Source: Vicugna vicugna (Eukaryota). From it: a DNA stretch of 64,000 bases. The translations under genes were made by a program, and so were the position numbers. Shown here one piece after another: positions 10,767-22,720 of the stretch; the first letter of the stretch is position 1, and each line of letters begins with the position of its first letter. The stretch spans positions 4,648,093 through 4,712,092 of the forward strand of contig MU058687.1 of the NCBI GenBank assembly GCA_013265495.1, given 5' to 3'. The notes beneath the pieces are model-generated. The model made no database searches and was not told the DNA's origin. It saw nothing but the letters and a program-made list of their open reading frames with translations.

Positions 10767-13700
10767 GGAAGGAAATGCCATAGCAACAGAATTGTGTCAT
10801 TCTATTAAGTTGATGAAATAAATATGTATACACTGGTGAGGAGTGAGTGCTCAGGAACTTTTACTAATAGTGGTTATGGGGGAGCACGAGCAAAAGGTTT
10901 TTGAGCCCTTGTAGTGAGATATTAATGACATCAGAATTTCAGGGAAAATCTCTGGAGGATTTTCAGACCCAGTTCAAGTTAGATTGGGCAAGCAGTGAGA
11001 CACCAACACAAAGGAAAAGGAGGGGACTAGATCCACCCACAGTCTGAAAAATGTCTTCTTTCAAGCTGGAAGCAAAAGCACCAGATATACGTGCAGGAGA
11101 CCTCAGTGCAAGGCAAGGTGAAGGCAGTCTCTGGAGGTGAACAGATGTAGAAAAGCAGTTAGAAAAGGAAGGGGCAATTTGAATGCTTGTCCTGTTACAG
11201 AAACACCACGGAGTGGATCTATGACATGCTATTTCTTGCATCTGATGCTGAGACAACTATTTTTGTCTATCAGGGGAGGGAAGTTGTAATGTGCTATCGC
11301 TGGAATGCCACTGAAATATTTCTTTCCCCTTTAGCATTGTCACTGAGCTTCTAGAACTAAGCAATACTAATTGTCTCCTTGAGCCATTCTTGAGCTGTTG
11401 TCGTGTTTCAATATTGCTGCATAATACTGTGTTTATTAGGAACATCCTATTAGGTAAGCCCAGAAAATTAGAACTAGAGATGACTTTGGGTGCCTCTGCA
11501 TCATTTATTTCTATGGAACATTTTGGGGGCTTCAGTTTTAAATAATCATGGTGCATTATTGGATTTCTATCACTATTTTGCATATTCCTTTGATTGCCTA
11601 CCGTGGAACATTTTCTAATATTCATATTAATTTTTTCTTTCTTAATTTCTTACCTCATTACTTCTACTTACGTTAGAGTCAGCCTCTAAGCATTACTTTC
11701 TCTTCCTTGTGGCTTATACCCTAACCATTGAGTATTGATGTTTTCTTTCTTTCTCTCTGCTCACTTTGTTTGTACTCAAATTATATAGGTATTTGGTTTC
11801 CAGTTGATACTTCCTTATATCTACTTAAGAATGTTTGCTAGCACAAGGTTGCCGGTAATTGCTTAGAGACAGAAGAGTATATTTTCCTTGCTTCCCATCC
11901 ATATTACAGTTATGTTTCTGAAAGATCCTCTGTTATGATAGAATAAACTCTATTGAGTCTCAATCTATCCCCTTTTGTTTAATTAAAAGTATCACCAGAC
12001 TCAAGCTTTACATTTCTTAGCATGATCCCTTGTCTGTGCAGACAGAAGGGGGGCAGGGAATCCTGATTCACTTCTCATGCTGTAATACTCCCTTTCTCCA
12101 TCTTTTCTAATTACGTTTTCATAGATACTAAACTACACACCCCTGAAGCATCTAGAAGGATTAAACACTGATCAAAGGCAGGTTTAGCTGTATCCTCAGG
12201 ACAAGCTGATTCAATGAAGAAAAGCTTGGGCTCTGGGAAAGCTTTTGGACAGAGAAATGAATTAACAATGAGCATTTTAACAGTAGTAAGGACTGCTGAG
12301 TGGAAGCAGACCTGATGCTTTATGGGATTTGGGGGTATTTGGAGTAACAGGATGGGTAGGAGAATCTGTGTTTCCATAAAGTAGGACAGTGTGCAAAGGT
12401 GTGGTCTTCTAGTTCATTCCATTTGGAATATGCAGCCATTCCTAGGACAGACTATCCGTAACAGTATCCATGTGATGGTTTCATGTGTGCTGCTTGTAGG
12501 TAGACTTAGGGTTATGGTTGTGGCTCAAATCACCTATGGATCTTTGGAGACCTCACTGCAACTGAGCGTTAGTAGTACCATCACCCTTGCATGAACTATA
12601 TCCTCTCTTGACCAGCTCTGTTAATGAGTGTTCTTGCTTATGAAACTGATTTTCTTACTGATCCGGCAGGATTCCGTTTGATTAGAATATGTCTTTAGCA
12701 TTCAAGTATGAAGTACGCGTCCTCTGAGTTGCATAGTATATACTTTTTCTAATCTTTGCGTAGAAGCATGGTCATTTATTTATTTGTTCATTTATTCAGG
12801 ATAATATATGCCTTCTAGTGTGAGGTAATAATATAAAGCCATAGTCATATTGGAAAAAAAATTAAAGAATACCTTAACAAACAATTCAGATTGAAATTTT
12901 AAATTCGGATCACTGGCAAGTACATACAAAATTGCAGTTTTACCCAAGAAGTCTAATTATTTGCACAATTCTCTCATTTTCCATGTTCAATATACCTATG
13001 AAATGCTACTTATGAAACTATAAATCACAGGTCATTAAACATGCACATAACTGTGAGTAAATACACAATGCACTCTTGCTTATAAGAGATGCTATCAGAG
13101 CCAAAATAAGCAGTGGACATTCTGCTCTGATATCCACATTATTCCCCGTAGTTTCATCTAAAATGTTAGAACTGGCCGGGGTCCCGTGAGTTGCTGGTGC
13201 AGTCTCTGCGTTGTTAATGAAGAACCAAGTACAGGAGAGGTAAAGTGGTGCCTGTAAGATGATGCAGCTATTAAAACCTTCTAAATTCTGCCTATACAAC
13301 CAAAAGCATAATAAACACATGAAGAGCACCTATCTTGTAGTTTTCCGGCTAAGTCTGGGAAGAGCCATAATATGAAATATGTAGATAAATATTGACATTG
13401 AAACCACCAGTGGGGATTTTTCTTCAAACAATGTTCACTGTGCTGGCTGTTGGACGTCAGGAATGACTTCTTTATTGACTTTTGAAGTCCAGTACCTATC
13501 ACAGTACTTGCTGCTTGGTTGGTACTTAATAAATGTTTGTTGAATGAATGCATGTTTTATATTTCTGTATCCAACTGTGATATCTGAGTGATTGTCAAGT
13601 TGATGATGTTCTTTATGCCAATGCAATTTTCCATACATTCACGTCTGTTTTATTTCTCATAATATCAAAAAATGCCCCCTTTTTTTTGAGCCTTGTAGTT

Positions 13701-14075
13701 CCTCACATTGCTGTCCAAAACATTGTTTATGTATGGCTATGGTCCAGTTAGATACCACTTTATACATTTTTTTTCAGAAAGGTAAAAAATGAGTTGCTAG
13801 TTTTTCAAAACCATCCCAAACTAAAAATCATTTTCCCTGACAGGTGTTCTAACTCACATTGTGCGATGCTATTTATGGTTTAATGACACATTTTGTTCCT
13901 AAACAACTTGGATTTCAGTGAGCAGATTCCTAGAAGTAAGGACACTCTATTCTTCATTATGATGTTAAGAACATTTGGACAAAGTTTTATTTCCATTTAT
14001 ATACTCAAATTCAGTTGAATTATTCTGCTAGGTATTTGGGAAGTGACCTGGAATATATCAAAGGTTTATACATGG

Positions 14076-14100
14076 ACACACACACACACACACACACACA
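14076..14100. repeat. (CA)12 microsatellite
   Basis: Perfect dinucleotide run. Confidence 0.97.
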
Positions 14101-14689
14101 TATGTATGATAAACATATATGGTAGGTAGTTTGTGGGAATAATTGTAGAATGATTTTTCTTTAGTGAACCAAGCCTTAACGTATGATACAAGACTTTAAG
14201 CAATATTACGTGACATCACCTTTCCCATTTCTTGGTAGCTAGTCATTTGTACAGTTCAGTAAGGAAATCACAAATCAACAGTTTATTCGTGAAACTTTTA
14301 AAATATCTTCACTTTGACAGCATTTTGATTAGAAGCCGTTGAGCACTGTCCTTGGTGCTGGCCAATCCTCTGTTGATGTACACAGCTCAGAGGAAGGCTC
14401 TGAACACATGTTTAACCAAATTTACAGATGGTGCAAATACCAAATTTAAAAAAAAGTTTTTGATAATCTGGAATCATTTTATGTCTCTAATTCCTTGAAA
14501 TTCTGTGATACGCAATTATTAATTTTTTTTCAGATGAGAAAACTCATAACTAAATATACTAAATTAATTTCTCAAGACCATGTGGTTTGAAAATATTATG
14601 TCTGGGATAGAGTTTATTATTTCTGATTCTAGAATCTATTATCTTACATTAAAATAAACAAATGAATAGCCACAGTTTAGGGAGTTCTG

Positions 14690-15170
14690 TTTTGACAGGC
14701 ATTCATGCAAAGCAAGCCTGAGGATTTTAGCTGACCACAAATTCAATGTGCACGATCAGCTGCTAAATTAAACTTGCACAGTAGGTAATTCTGTTGTATG
14801 TAGTGCTGGTCAGATCATATAAAGGGTATTAGATTTACTTATACATCTCATTGCATTCACACACTAGAAAGCATTTTAGAGAAGAAAACCTGAAGAGATG
14901 GGTCTTGAACTTGTATTGTGTGGATGACAGTTAAAAAACTGTAGAAGGCTCAGGTGTCGAGTGACTGGAATGATGGCAGGGAATAATTTAGGGGTACAAC
15001 ATCCATTGCAATACAAATGCTCAATGGTAACTTTGAAGGAGAAATTAGTTGTGGCCAGTATAGCTTTAATGAAATGAAATGGAATCCATGCTTAGAACCA
15101 GAAAAGCCAATTGTTGTTCAGTGTAAGGAGGCTCTTTCTAACAATCTGAACTAAGACGGAGCTAATGGGG
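14690..15170 (+). mobile_element. L3/CR1 LINE 3' region, degenerate
   Basis: gacaggcattcatgcaaagcaagcctgaggattttagctgaccacaaattcaatgtg...gctgctaaa...gtgctggtcagatca...cagtgtaaggaggctctttctaacaat follows the L3 consensus in order. Confidence 0.7.
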
Positions 15171-15257
15171 CATGGAATATTAGTCTAGACTGTGTAGCAC
15201 TATTCTTAGAAGGTTACATTGTTATTAATATTTTATATACAGTAGTTCTAATAAAGT

Positions 15258-16022
15258 GACAAATGCTGGAGAGGCTGTGGAGAAAGGGGAACCCTCCTAC
15301 ACTGCTGGTGGGAATGCAGTTTGGTGCAGCCACTATGGAAAACAGTGTGGAGATTCCTCAAAAGACTAGGAATAGACTTACCATATGACCCAGGAATCCC
15401 ACTCCTGGGCTTGTACCCAGAAGGAAATCTACTTCAGGATGACACCTGCACCCCAATGTTCATAGCAGCACTATTTACAATAGCCAAAACATGGAAACAA
15501 CCTAAATGTCCATCAACAGGTGACTGGATAAAGAAGAGGTGGTATATTTATACAATGGAATACTACTCAGCCATAAAAACCGACAACATAACGCCATTTG
15601 CAGCAACATGGATGCTCCTGGAGAATGTCATTCTAAGTGAAGTAAGCCAGAAAGAGAAAGAAAAATACCATATGAGATCGCTCATATGTGGAATCTAAAA
15701 AACAAAAACAAACAAACAAACAAAAACAAAGCATAAATACAGGACAGAAATAGACTCATGGACAGAGAATACAGACTTGTGGTTACCGGGGGGGGGGAGG
15801 GTGGGAAGGGATAGACTGGGATTTCAAAATTGTAGAATAGATAAACAAGATTACACTGTATAGCACAGGGAAATATACACAAAATGTTATGATAAATCAC
15901 AGAGAAAAAAATGTGACAATGAGTGTGTATATGTCCATGAATGACTGAAAAATTGTGCTGAACACTGGAATTTGACACAACACTGTAAAATGATTATGAA
16001 TCAATAAAAAATGTAAAAAAAA
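15258..16022 (+). mobile_element. Young 5'-truncated LINE-1 (cetartiodactyl/camelid type): ORF2 C-terminus, 3'UTR and A-tail
   Basis: Uninterrupted frame 15258-15698, [35 protein letters not shown]...TCTPMFIAALFTIAKTWKQPKCPS...YHMRSLICGI*, is the L1 ORF2 cysteine-rich C-terminus. It is followed by a G-rich 3'UTR tract, AATAAA at 16003 and an A-rich tail. Confidence 0.97.
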
Positions 16023-16284
16023 TTAGAAAATATTTGTTAAGCACCAAGAATTTTGAGATGTTTAATGGCTGTGGAACTAAGGATTTCCCAGAACAAACCA
16101 AGAGACAAATCTAAGTTCAAGGATGGATGCCCTTGCCTTATTTGCTTTTTCTCCCCAGGAAGACTTTGACCAAGGATTGTGCCACACTACTGAATTAGAG
16201 CAGATGGAATCAGGCCCATAAGAAGAGCAGGCTAGAAAAGGGAATGATGCTGCCAAGATTTTAGACTTGGTAACTGAGATGGAA

Positions 16285-16412
16285 GATTTTTATCCTCTTT
16301 TGAAAATCAGATAAAAGATATTTAATTCAGTGCCCACAATATATGCACACACAGACTTTCATACGCAATTTCAGGGAAGCAAGAACTCCTCCCTAAAGAA
16401 CTTCAGATTAAG
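16285..16412 (+). mobile_element. MER103C hAT MITE fragment inside a degenerate antisense L2
   Basis: cctcttttgaaaatcagataaaag...atgcacacacagactttcatacgcaatttcaggg...cagattaag. Confidence 0.65.
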
Positions 16413-16904
16413 CAGGAGAAGAAACAGGTTGAAGGAAGAGAAAAGAATCAGTTCACTTAGACAGTAGTGTTGGCATTTAGGCTCCAGGTGTATCCAGTAA
16501 TATACCATAAATTTGTGGGTCAAATAGAGAGGTTTGTGATTTTTTGTTGGTGTTACTTGGCTTCTCAGGAGTGGGAGTAGAGAAAATTCTAGGGCTTATA
16601 GTAGGTTTGGAGATTAGTAATGAGGGTGCATCAGAACAGTGGGTGGAGGACAGAACTGGAAATGTTTGTGCAGGTAGATTTGGTTAGCCACATTTGGAGT
16701 GGTGAGCCATTAGGTTGGGGTTGGGATAGAAGGAATAAAATCAGGAAACCCTCAAGTCATCTTTTCTGAAAAAAAGAACATTTATGGATTTCTGAGCAGA
16801 ATTTCCTAGTATCTAAGAGCTTTATTCAATCCTTGGAACACAATCATTTTTATCAGTATGTATGTGTACGTCATACATATGTGTATTATACGTACATGTG
16901 CATT

Positions 16905-16928
16905 TGTGTGTGTGTGTGTGTGTGTGTG
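16905..16928. repeat. (TG)12 microsatellite
   Basis: Perfect dinucleotide run. Confidence 0.97.
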
Positions 16929-18289
16929 ATGAAAACATAGACTAGCCCTCAAGAACCTCCAGGACTTGTCAGAGGTCCCTGCCTTTAAAAGATCCAGCCT
17001 CCCTCCTTGTCTAAACACTGAATTTCCTCCTGTCAGTTCAGTGTGAGTTCTGAATTACTCATGGAAATGTAAGGCCTGTATTTGTCTGTATACATTTATC
17101 TTTGACTTTTTTATTTCTATCATCTCTGGCCCTGCTTTGTTTCCCTATTTTTTTTTTTTTTTGGCCTTTTTCCCTGTAGCTTTGGAAAAGAAACATTAGA
17201 ATAAGCTATTGTAATGCTTTCTTCTCTCCTTTAACATATGGCATTTGCTTAACCTCTTGGAGAGCTGTGATTTGCTGGCCCTGGAGGATGCTGATGCCAA
17301 AGATAATGAGAGTGTTGATCTAGGACACCAAGGCCAGGCAGCACAGAAGAAATACTGTGCCATGATGGCAGTGACAAGGTGAGGGGGCTCCAACTTGCCT
17401 CACGTGTTGGCACCTCCCAATTCTACAACCCAGTTTACTTTTGCTCTAGGAGTGACTTTGTTGCTTATTTGGGGTCTGGGCATAATTGTGGTAGATTCTA
17501 AAAATCAGAGCAAACAGGGGTGGATGAGTGGTGTCTGTAATTTTGTTTGAACAGGAAAGTAAAGATTCAAATGTTTAAATGACTTGCAGATCCCCACTGT
17601 CACGAGTGTCCTAATGTCTATTTGTCTTGCTTTGTGCAGCTCTCTGTAAGCAGACAGTCTAAGAGTTTTTGCCTCAGGTGAACGTGTGTGTGTGTGTGTG
17701 TGTTCAAGAAAGTCTCCCTCTCTTCTTATCAAGACCGCAGCTGTCAAGTTCTCTTCCAAGATGTTGCTGGGAATCAGCGTGCAGGGCTGTGAGCTGCCTG
17801 CCACTTAGATGTGGCACCTTGCATAGGTGCCTCCTTCACACTCTGACTTGCCTACGTGCACAGTGCTAGTGTGTCTGTGGGAGGGCAGGGCTGTTGTGAA
17901 GTGCAGCTCCTCTTTAAGACGCATTACTCCAAGAGGGAAGAAAGCTACCCTTGCTGGCATGGCAGAGAGAGGGGCCCGTGTGTGCCCTCTACCATCGTGG
18001 TTTTGATGTCTAAATCTTCTGGGGAGGATTGCCGCAGTGATGAGATAAAAGCAGCTGCCCTTCCAAGTGCTGTCCATTTGCACTGATATTTACGTTCTTT
18101 GCCAAAGTGACATCATTACCATTTGCTTAGTATTTGTACCACAGGGATGTGTTTTACATAATTTAAGACTTGGAAGTGATGATAATGTATTTCAGATGGG
18201 TAGCAGAGGCCACAGGGTGCTGAATCTCATCCCTTTCCTCCTCCAAGACCCCAGTGCATAAGTGAGTTCCTAGTCCATATCCCTAAATC

Positions 18290-18510
18290 ACATTAACAGT
18301 ACTGCCTACTGGGTGCCAACAATATGTCTGGCACTGGGCTGGATTATGACTCTATACACCACTGTTTAACCCCCATGGCCACATTATGAACGTAGTATTA
18401 TTATCCCCATTATACAGTAAGGAAACCGAGGGCTAGAAAAATTAGTAACTTTCATAATGTCTCAATTCAGAGACATCTGACTCCAAGGGCTTTACCCTTT
18501 ATTCTTTGCC
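18290..18510 (-). mobile_element. MIR SINE
   Basis: gtagtattattatccccattatacagtaaggaaaccgagggctagaaaaattagtaactt. Confidence 0.75.
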
Positions 18511-19059
18511 ACAGTATCTTTCATCTTACAGCCTGCTTGTTTGTTCAGATTTAAGAAACAGAAAACCTTTTGTACTTTCTCAGGAAACAACATTTGGAAT
18601 AAGAAGAAAAAAAAAATTAGGGTACTCTGACCTCGGTTCATTTCTGTCTCTTTCATCCCCATCCTTACTCCAGGTGCCCAGAAACTCCTCTTTGAAATGA
18701 GAATAAAAGAGCCATGTTTGCCTTGAGATAAAGGTATATGGCAAGGTTGGAAGCCAGATCATAGGACTCTGCCAGATGGCACTTACTTACCTGATCGTGT
18801 GTCTTCTTAGTTTAAGCCATGGGCAGAGATTTTAAAAAGAAAGAAAAAAAAATGTTGTTAACACGCTGCATAGGTGTAACACTTTAAGCATGAGTTCCAG
18901 CCAGGTCCTCTCTCTGATTGTACCTTCTCCTGAGGCCCCACTCTCTCATCCCCACCATCTTTCCTCATCGTGAGAATGTGTGACCCCTTTTTTAAAAAGC
19001 ACCGCAAACATGTTCAGTCTCTAATCTTAAAATGGATAATTGAAAGCAGTTTCGTCCTT

Positions 19060-19186
19060 GCTTTCTTTCCCTTTCTCCCTCTTCCTCCCTTCCTGCCTTC
19101 CTTCCTTCCTTTTATCCCTTCTTCTTTCTTTCTCCCTTCCTTCCTCCCTCCTTTCCTTCCCACGTTCTCCCTCCCTTCCTCCCTCT
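19060..19186. repeat. Polypyrimidine (CCTT/CTTT)n low-complexity tract
   Basis: Almost pure C/T run, repeated again after the gap from 19638. Confidence 0.9.
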
Positions 19187-19246
19187 TTATTGCCACAACC
19201 TGTGTCTCAGAAGGACCGCTCAGGGTAAGTAGGCATTATAAGCTCA

Positions 19247-19637
19247 NNNNNNNNNNNNNNNNNNNNNNNNNNNNNNNNNNNNNNNNNNNNNNNNNNNNNN
19301 NNNNNNNNNNNNNNNNNNNNNNNNNNNNNNNNNNNNNNNNNNNNNNNNNNNNNNNNNNNNNNNNNNNNNNNNNNNNNNNNNNNNNNNNNNNNNNNNNNNN
19401 NNNNNNNNNNNNNNNNNNNNNNNNNNNNNNNNNNNNNNNNNNNNNNNNNNNNNNNNNNNNNNNNNNNNNNNNNNNNNNNNNNNNNNNNNNNNNNNNNNNN
19501 NNNNNNNNNNNNNNNNNNNNNNNNNNNNNNNNNNNNNNNNNNNNNNNNNNNNNNNNNNNNNNNNNNNNNNNNNNNNNNNNNNNNNNNNNNNNNNNNNNNN
19601 NNNNNNNNNNNNNNNNNNNNNNNNNNNNNNNNNNNNN
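19247..19637. other. Assembly gap (391 N)
   Basis: Run of N, flanked by a 166-bp exact duplicate. Confidence 0.99.
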
Positions 19638-20549
19638 CTTCCTCCCTTCCTGCCTTCCTTCCTTCCTTTTATCCCTTCTTCTTTCTTTCTCCCTTCCTTC
19701 CTCCCTCCTTTCCTTCCCACGTTCTCCCTCCCTTCCTCCCTCTTTATTGCCACAACCTGTGTCTCAGAAGGACCGCTCAGGGTAAGTAGGCATTATAAGC
19801 TCAGTAGTCTTTCCCTTGATGTCATTCCAAGGGCTTCTATGTTCAGAGGATGCATCACTGCGTTTGCAGCTTCCCCAGCCGTACTACAGTTTGGAAGAAC
19901 CTGTAACTCTGCCTGAAGCCCTTTGGCATAGATTCTTAAGTAGATTCTTATATTTTTCTTATGACACCATATAGATTCTTGGTTCAAAGATCAGAAGTGG
20001 AGAGATGAGAGCTCAAACCTTAGAACCTGCCCCCTTACTAACACCACAGGTTACTATATACATGGCCATCTGGATATTTTTATCTTAAAAACACCCCACA
20101 GCAATGGCCAGTGATGGCACAAAGAGGGCCAGCTTCGATGAGTCCATGCCCACACAAGCACACACTTCCAGACCCCCAGTCTGTGCGTGTCCAGCTTCCT
20201 CCACCTGGACTTCTCTTTGTACATCTAAGATCCAGTCCACCTTCCGCCTTAGCCCAGGTCAGCTGCCATCCCTCTCCCCAAAGTCCTCTCTACTCTGTCC
20301 CAGTTGAAACGCATCGATTCCCATTAGATGAATCCCATTTACCCTTTATGATTATGTCGTGGGAACACATTTGTGGTCCTTATTGGGGGCAGAGGCCTTC
20401 TCGTTGACTTGGTTGGACTCCACAGCTCTAGCCAGCCCCATGGTTCTCCAAGTGATGAGTCCATGGATGCACAGATAAGAAAGCCTTTACTTCAAATGGC
20501 TTTAATTTTTTTTTTCTAAGAGCAGTCTTCCTCTCTTTTATGTGTGGTT

Positions 20550-20836
20550 GCTGATCTCAAATGGCTTACAAGTTAGTGGCAGAAATAATCAGAAAAGATA
20601 AATAATTAAAAGTGTCTTATTACATTTAGACACAACAGTGGATAGTACAAAGATGAGCGTGCTTCATTCTCAAATGAAATGCACAGATAAAACTTGTAAG
20701 AGGAGTTATTTTAGGACCAGTGGTGAATGTAGAAAGGCTTTGAGAGGGAGCTGGTGCTTTGGTTGGGACCTGAAGAAAAGGTGTGTTCTTATGGGCAGAA
20801 AGGCGGTGGGAGAGCCCACCAGGCAGGTAGTCACAG
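20550..20836 (-). mobile_element. L2 LINE fragment (3' part), continues after the nested MITEs
   Basis: ctgatctcaaatggcttacaagttagtggcag followed by purine-rich antisense L2-like sequence. Confidence 0.5.
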
Positions 20837-22041
20837 CAGGACCAATGGCAAAGCACTTTCAGTAAAGAGACTAAATATTTTAGGCTTTCTGAGGACTGGT
20901 TACTTAATTTGCAGACACTGCACAAAATGAACGTGTGGCTCCTTGAACAAAAAGCAACAACAAAGTGTCATTAAAGGGACTGAAATATGAAGTTTTCCCC
21001 TTCCTCCCATAGTCTCACTCTTTCCGTTTGTCATGGTGTTTTATATTTGCTATTTAATCTCATTCTAAATAAGAACATTTAAAATTTTTAATGAGTAGCG
21101 TGGATTTTGCCATTCGTCCTTCTATTGCGTGATGCCAGTTTTAAAAGCAGGCATTAGGACTTGTACCTCATAGGCAGGACAACTGAAATAGGAAACATTT
21201 CCCATTTCATAACTCGGGCAGCACATGTTTATCTTGTTCTTACTGGAAGAGTGGAGTCACTGCACAGACGAACTCCGCTGTTCTTAGCTCACTTCTTGAC
21301 ACACACACGTTCTATGCCCGCTCTCTGCCTTTGGCTTTCCAATGATAAGAAAGGACTGAAAAGAAACTGTGGGTTGCTTACCTTACCCTTTCCTTCTTTG
21401 TCATAATTTTCATGTTCAGTGCTTGGCAAATTCACGGAAGTAATGCAGGTAAGGAAGGTTATGATTGGGTTCCTTGGTAATTTCTGGGTCTTAGAAATGC
21501 TTCTGTTTTCTTCCCGTGTTTGAAGCAAGTTTTGGTTCCAAGTGAAAACATGGCCACTGAGGACCGTCGGTGGCAGGCGTTATGCCCTCAGCTTGTACTC
21601 ACTTTGCGTCTCACTGGACGCGCGTCACAGGTCTGCCTGCTAGGAGCCTGTGCTTAGAGGGCATTGCAGATGCTGCGTGAGGATCGGGTGGCAAGAAACA
21701 GTGGGCATGCCTGCTGTGTGTTTCTCTTTTGCTCTTGCACATGCTTAAAAACATATGTTCGAAGATAAAATTATTAAGAATTTCAAGACAGAGGCAGGAG
21801 AACATTAAACCAAGTGCAGATTATGTGAGGCCTGTGTTAACAGTAGGATGGATCGCAAACCCACGAAGCCGCCCCGTCTTTGCAAGCCGGTGTGGCTGTA
21901 TCTCTACTATTGATCTGTTGTAACATGAAGCAGCCATAAGTACTATGTGAACAAATGGGTGTGGCTGTGCTGCAATCAAACTGTATTTACCACAACAGTT
22001 GGTGGCCAGGATTTAGCTGGGGGTCATGGCACCTGATCCCT
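20837..22041 (+). mobile_element. MER58A split in two (20837-20890 and 21877-22041) by a MER45 insertion
   Basis: Left half cagtaaagagactaaatattttaggcttt; right half gaagcagccataag...aaatgggtgtggctgtgctgcaatcaaactgtatttac...ggccaggatttagc. Confidence 0.8.
20891..21876 (-). mobile_element. MER45B/C-type hAT-Tip100 element, about 1 kb
   Basis: Left end gaggactggttacttaatttgcagacactgcacaaaatgaa and right end aaaattattaagaatttcaagacag...cattaaaccaagtgc...cccacgaagccgccccg are the reverse complements of the MER45 termini. Confidence 0.85.
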
Positions 22042-22044
22042 CAT

Positions 22045-22720
22045 TAGGTGAGAACATGGGGGTGAGGAGGCGTGAGATCTGTCTGAGAACTGCTTGCCCC
22101 TGGTAGGGGGTTTGGGGGTGTAAACCCGGGAAGGTCAGAGGAAGCCTGATTCTGAAGGGCCAGGGGAAAGTGATGGGATGTTGTCCTTTAGGTAGTAGAG
22201 AGTGATTGATGGTTTTACACATTGAATTAAGGTGATCAAAGGAGGCTTTTGGTCAATTAATGTGGAGATGTTGTGTCAGAGAGACAGGAAAGGATGAATC
22301 TGGCAGCCTAGAGCCTAGCAAGGCGGCTATTGGGAGTCTAGACAGGAGACGGTAGGAGCTTGGAGTAGGAAGAAAGGAGCTGCGGTGGTGGAAGGGTGTG
22401 ATTTGGGAGGAATTCCACATGAAGAGTCACCAGGTGGTGAGTGATTCAAAGTGAGGGCTGAGAGAAGGAAAGAGGTAGAGAACAGCAAGGTTTTGTCCCT
22501 GGGAGGCCGCAGAATGGATGCTGTGTTCATTCCAGGGGCCTGTGTAACGTGGATCTCTTGTTGCTCAAATGACTATAAACAGGGATGGTTGGCAGGCTAC
22601 TGATCTTAGGTGACTCCTGAATTTCGGGCCGTTGGAGTTGGTGTCGGGTTGCTGAGTGGACGTGATGCCAGCAGGGCATTCGAGGTGTGACACTGGCGTT
22701 GATGAAAAAGTGAGGGCAAT
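22045..22720 (-). mobile_element. L2 LINE fragment
   Basis: Antisense L2 features: tgtcctttaggtagtagagagtgattgatggtttta, gagtctagacaggagacggtaggagcttggagtagg, caaggttttgtccctggg. Confidence 0.7.

Noticed and set aside
12111..12377. Minus ORF containing HQVCFHSA and CLILLDASG, faintly like L2 RT motifs
   Set aside because: The spacing between motifs is wrong and no AFD/H/L motif follows. Too weak to call.
15321..15698. 125-aa ORF as a host gene
   Set aside because: It is the C-terminus of L1 ORF2 in a truncated copy with no promoter and no RT domain.
19211..19230. Apparent microexon: polypyrimidine tract, AG, 14 nt, then GTAAGT
   Set aside because: The sequence looks like a decayed antisense L2 3' end, its length is not a multiple of three, and its second copy is an assembly duplicate.
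18970..19785. Longest ORFs in the track (271 and 169 aa)
   Set aside because: Artefacts of the CT-rich tract and the N gap.
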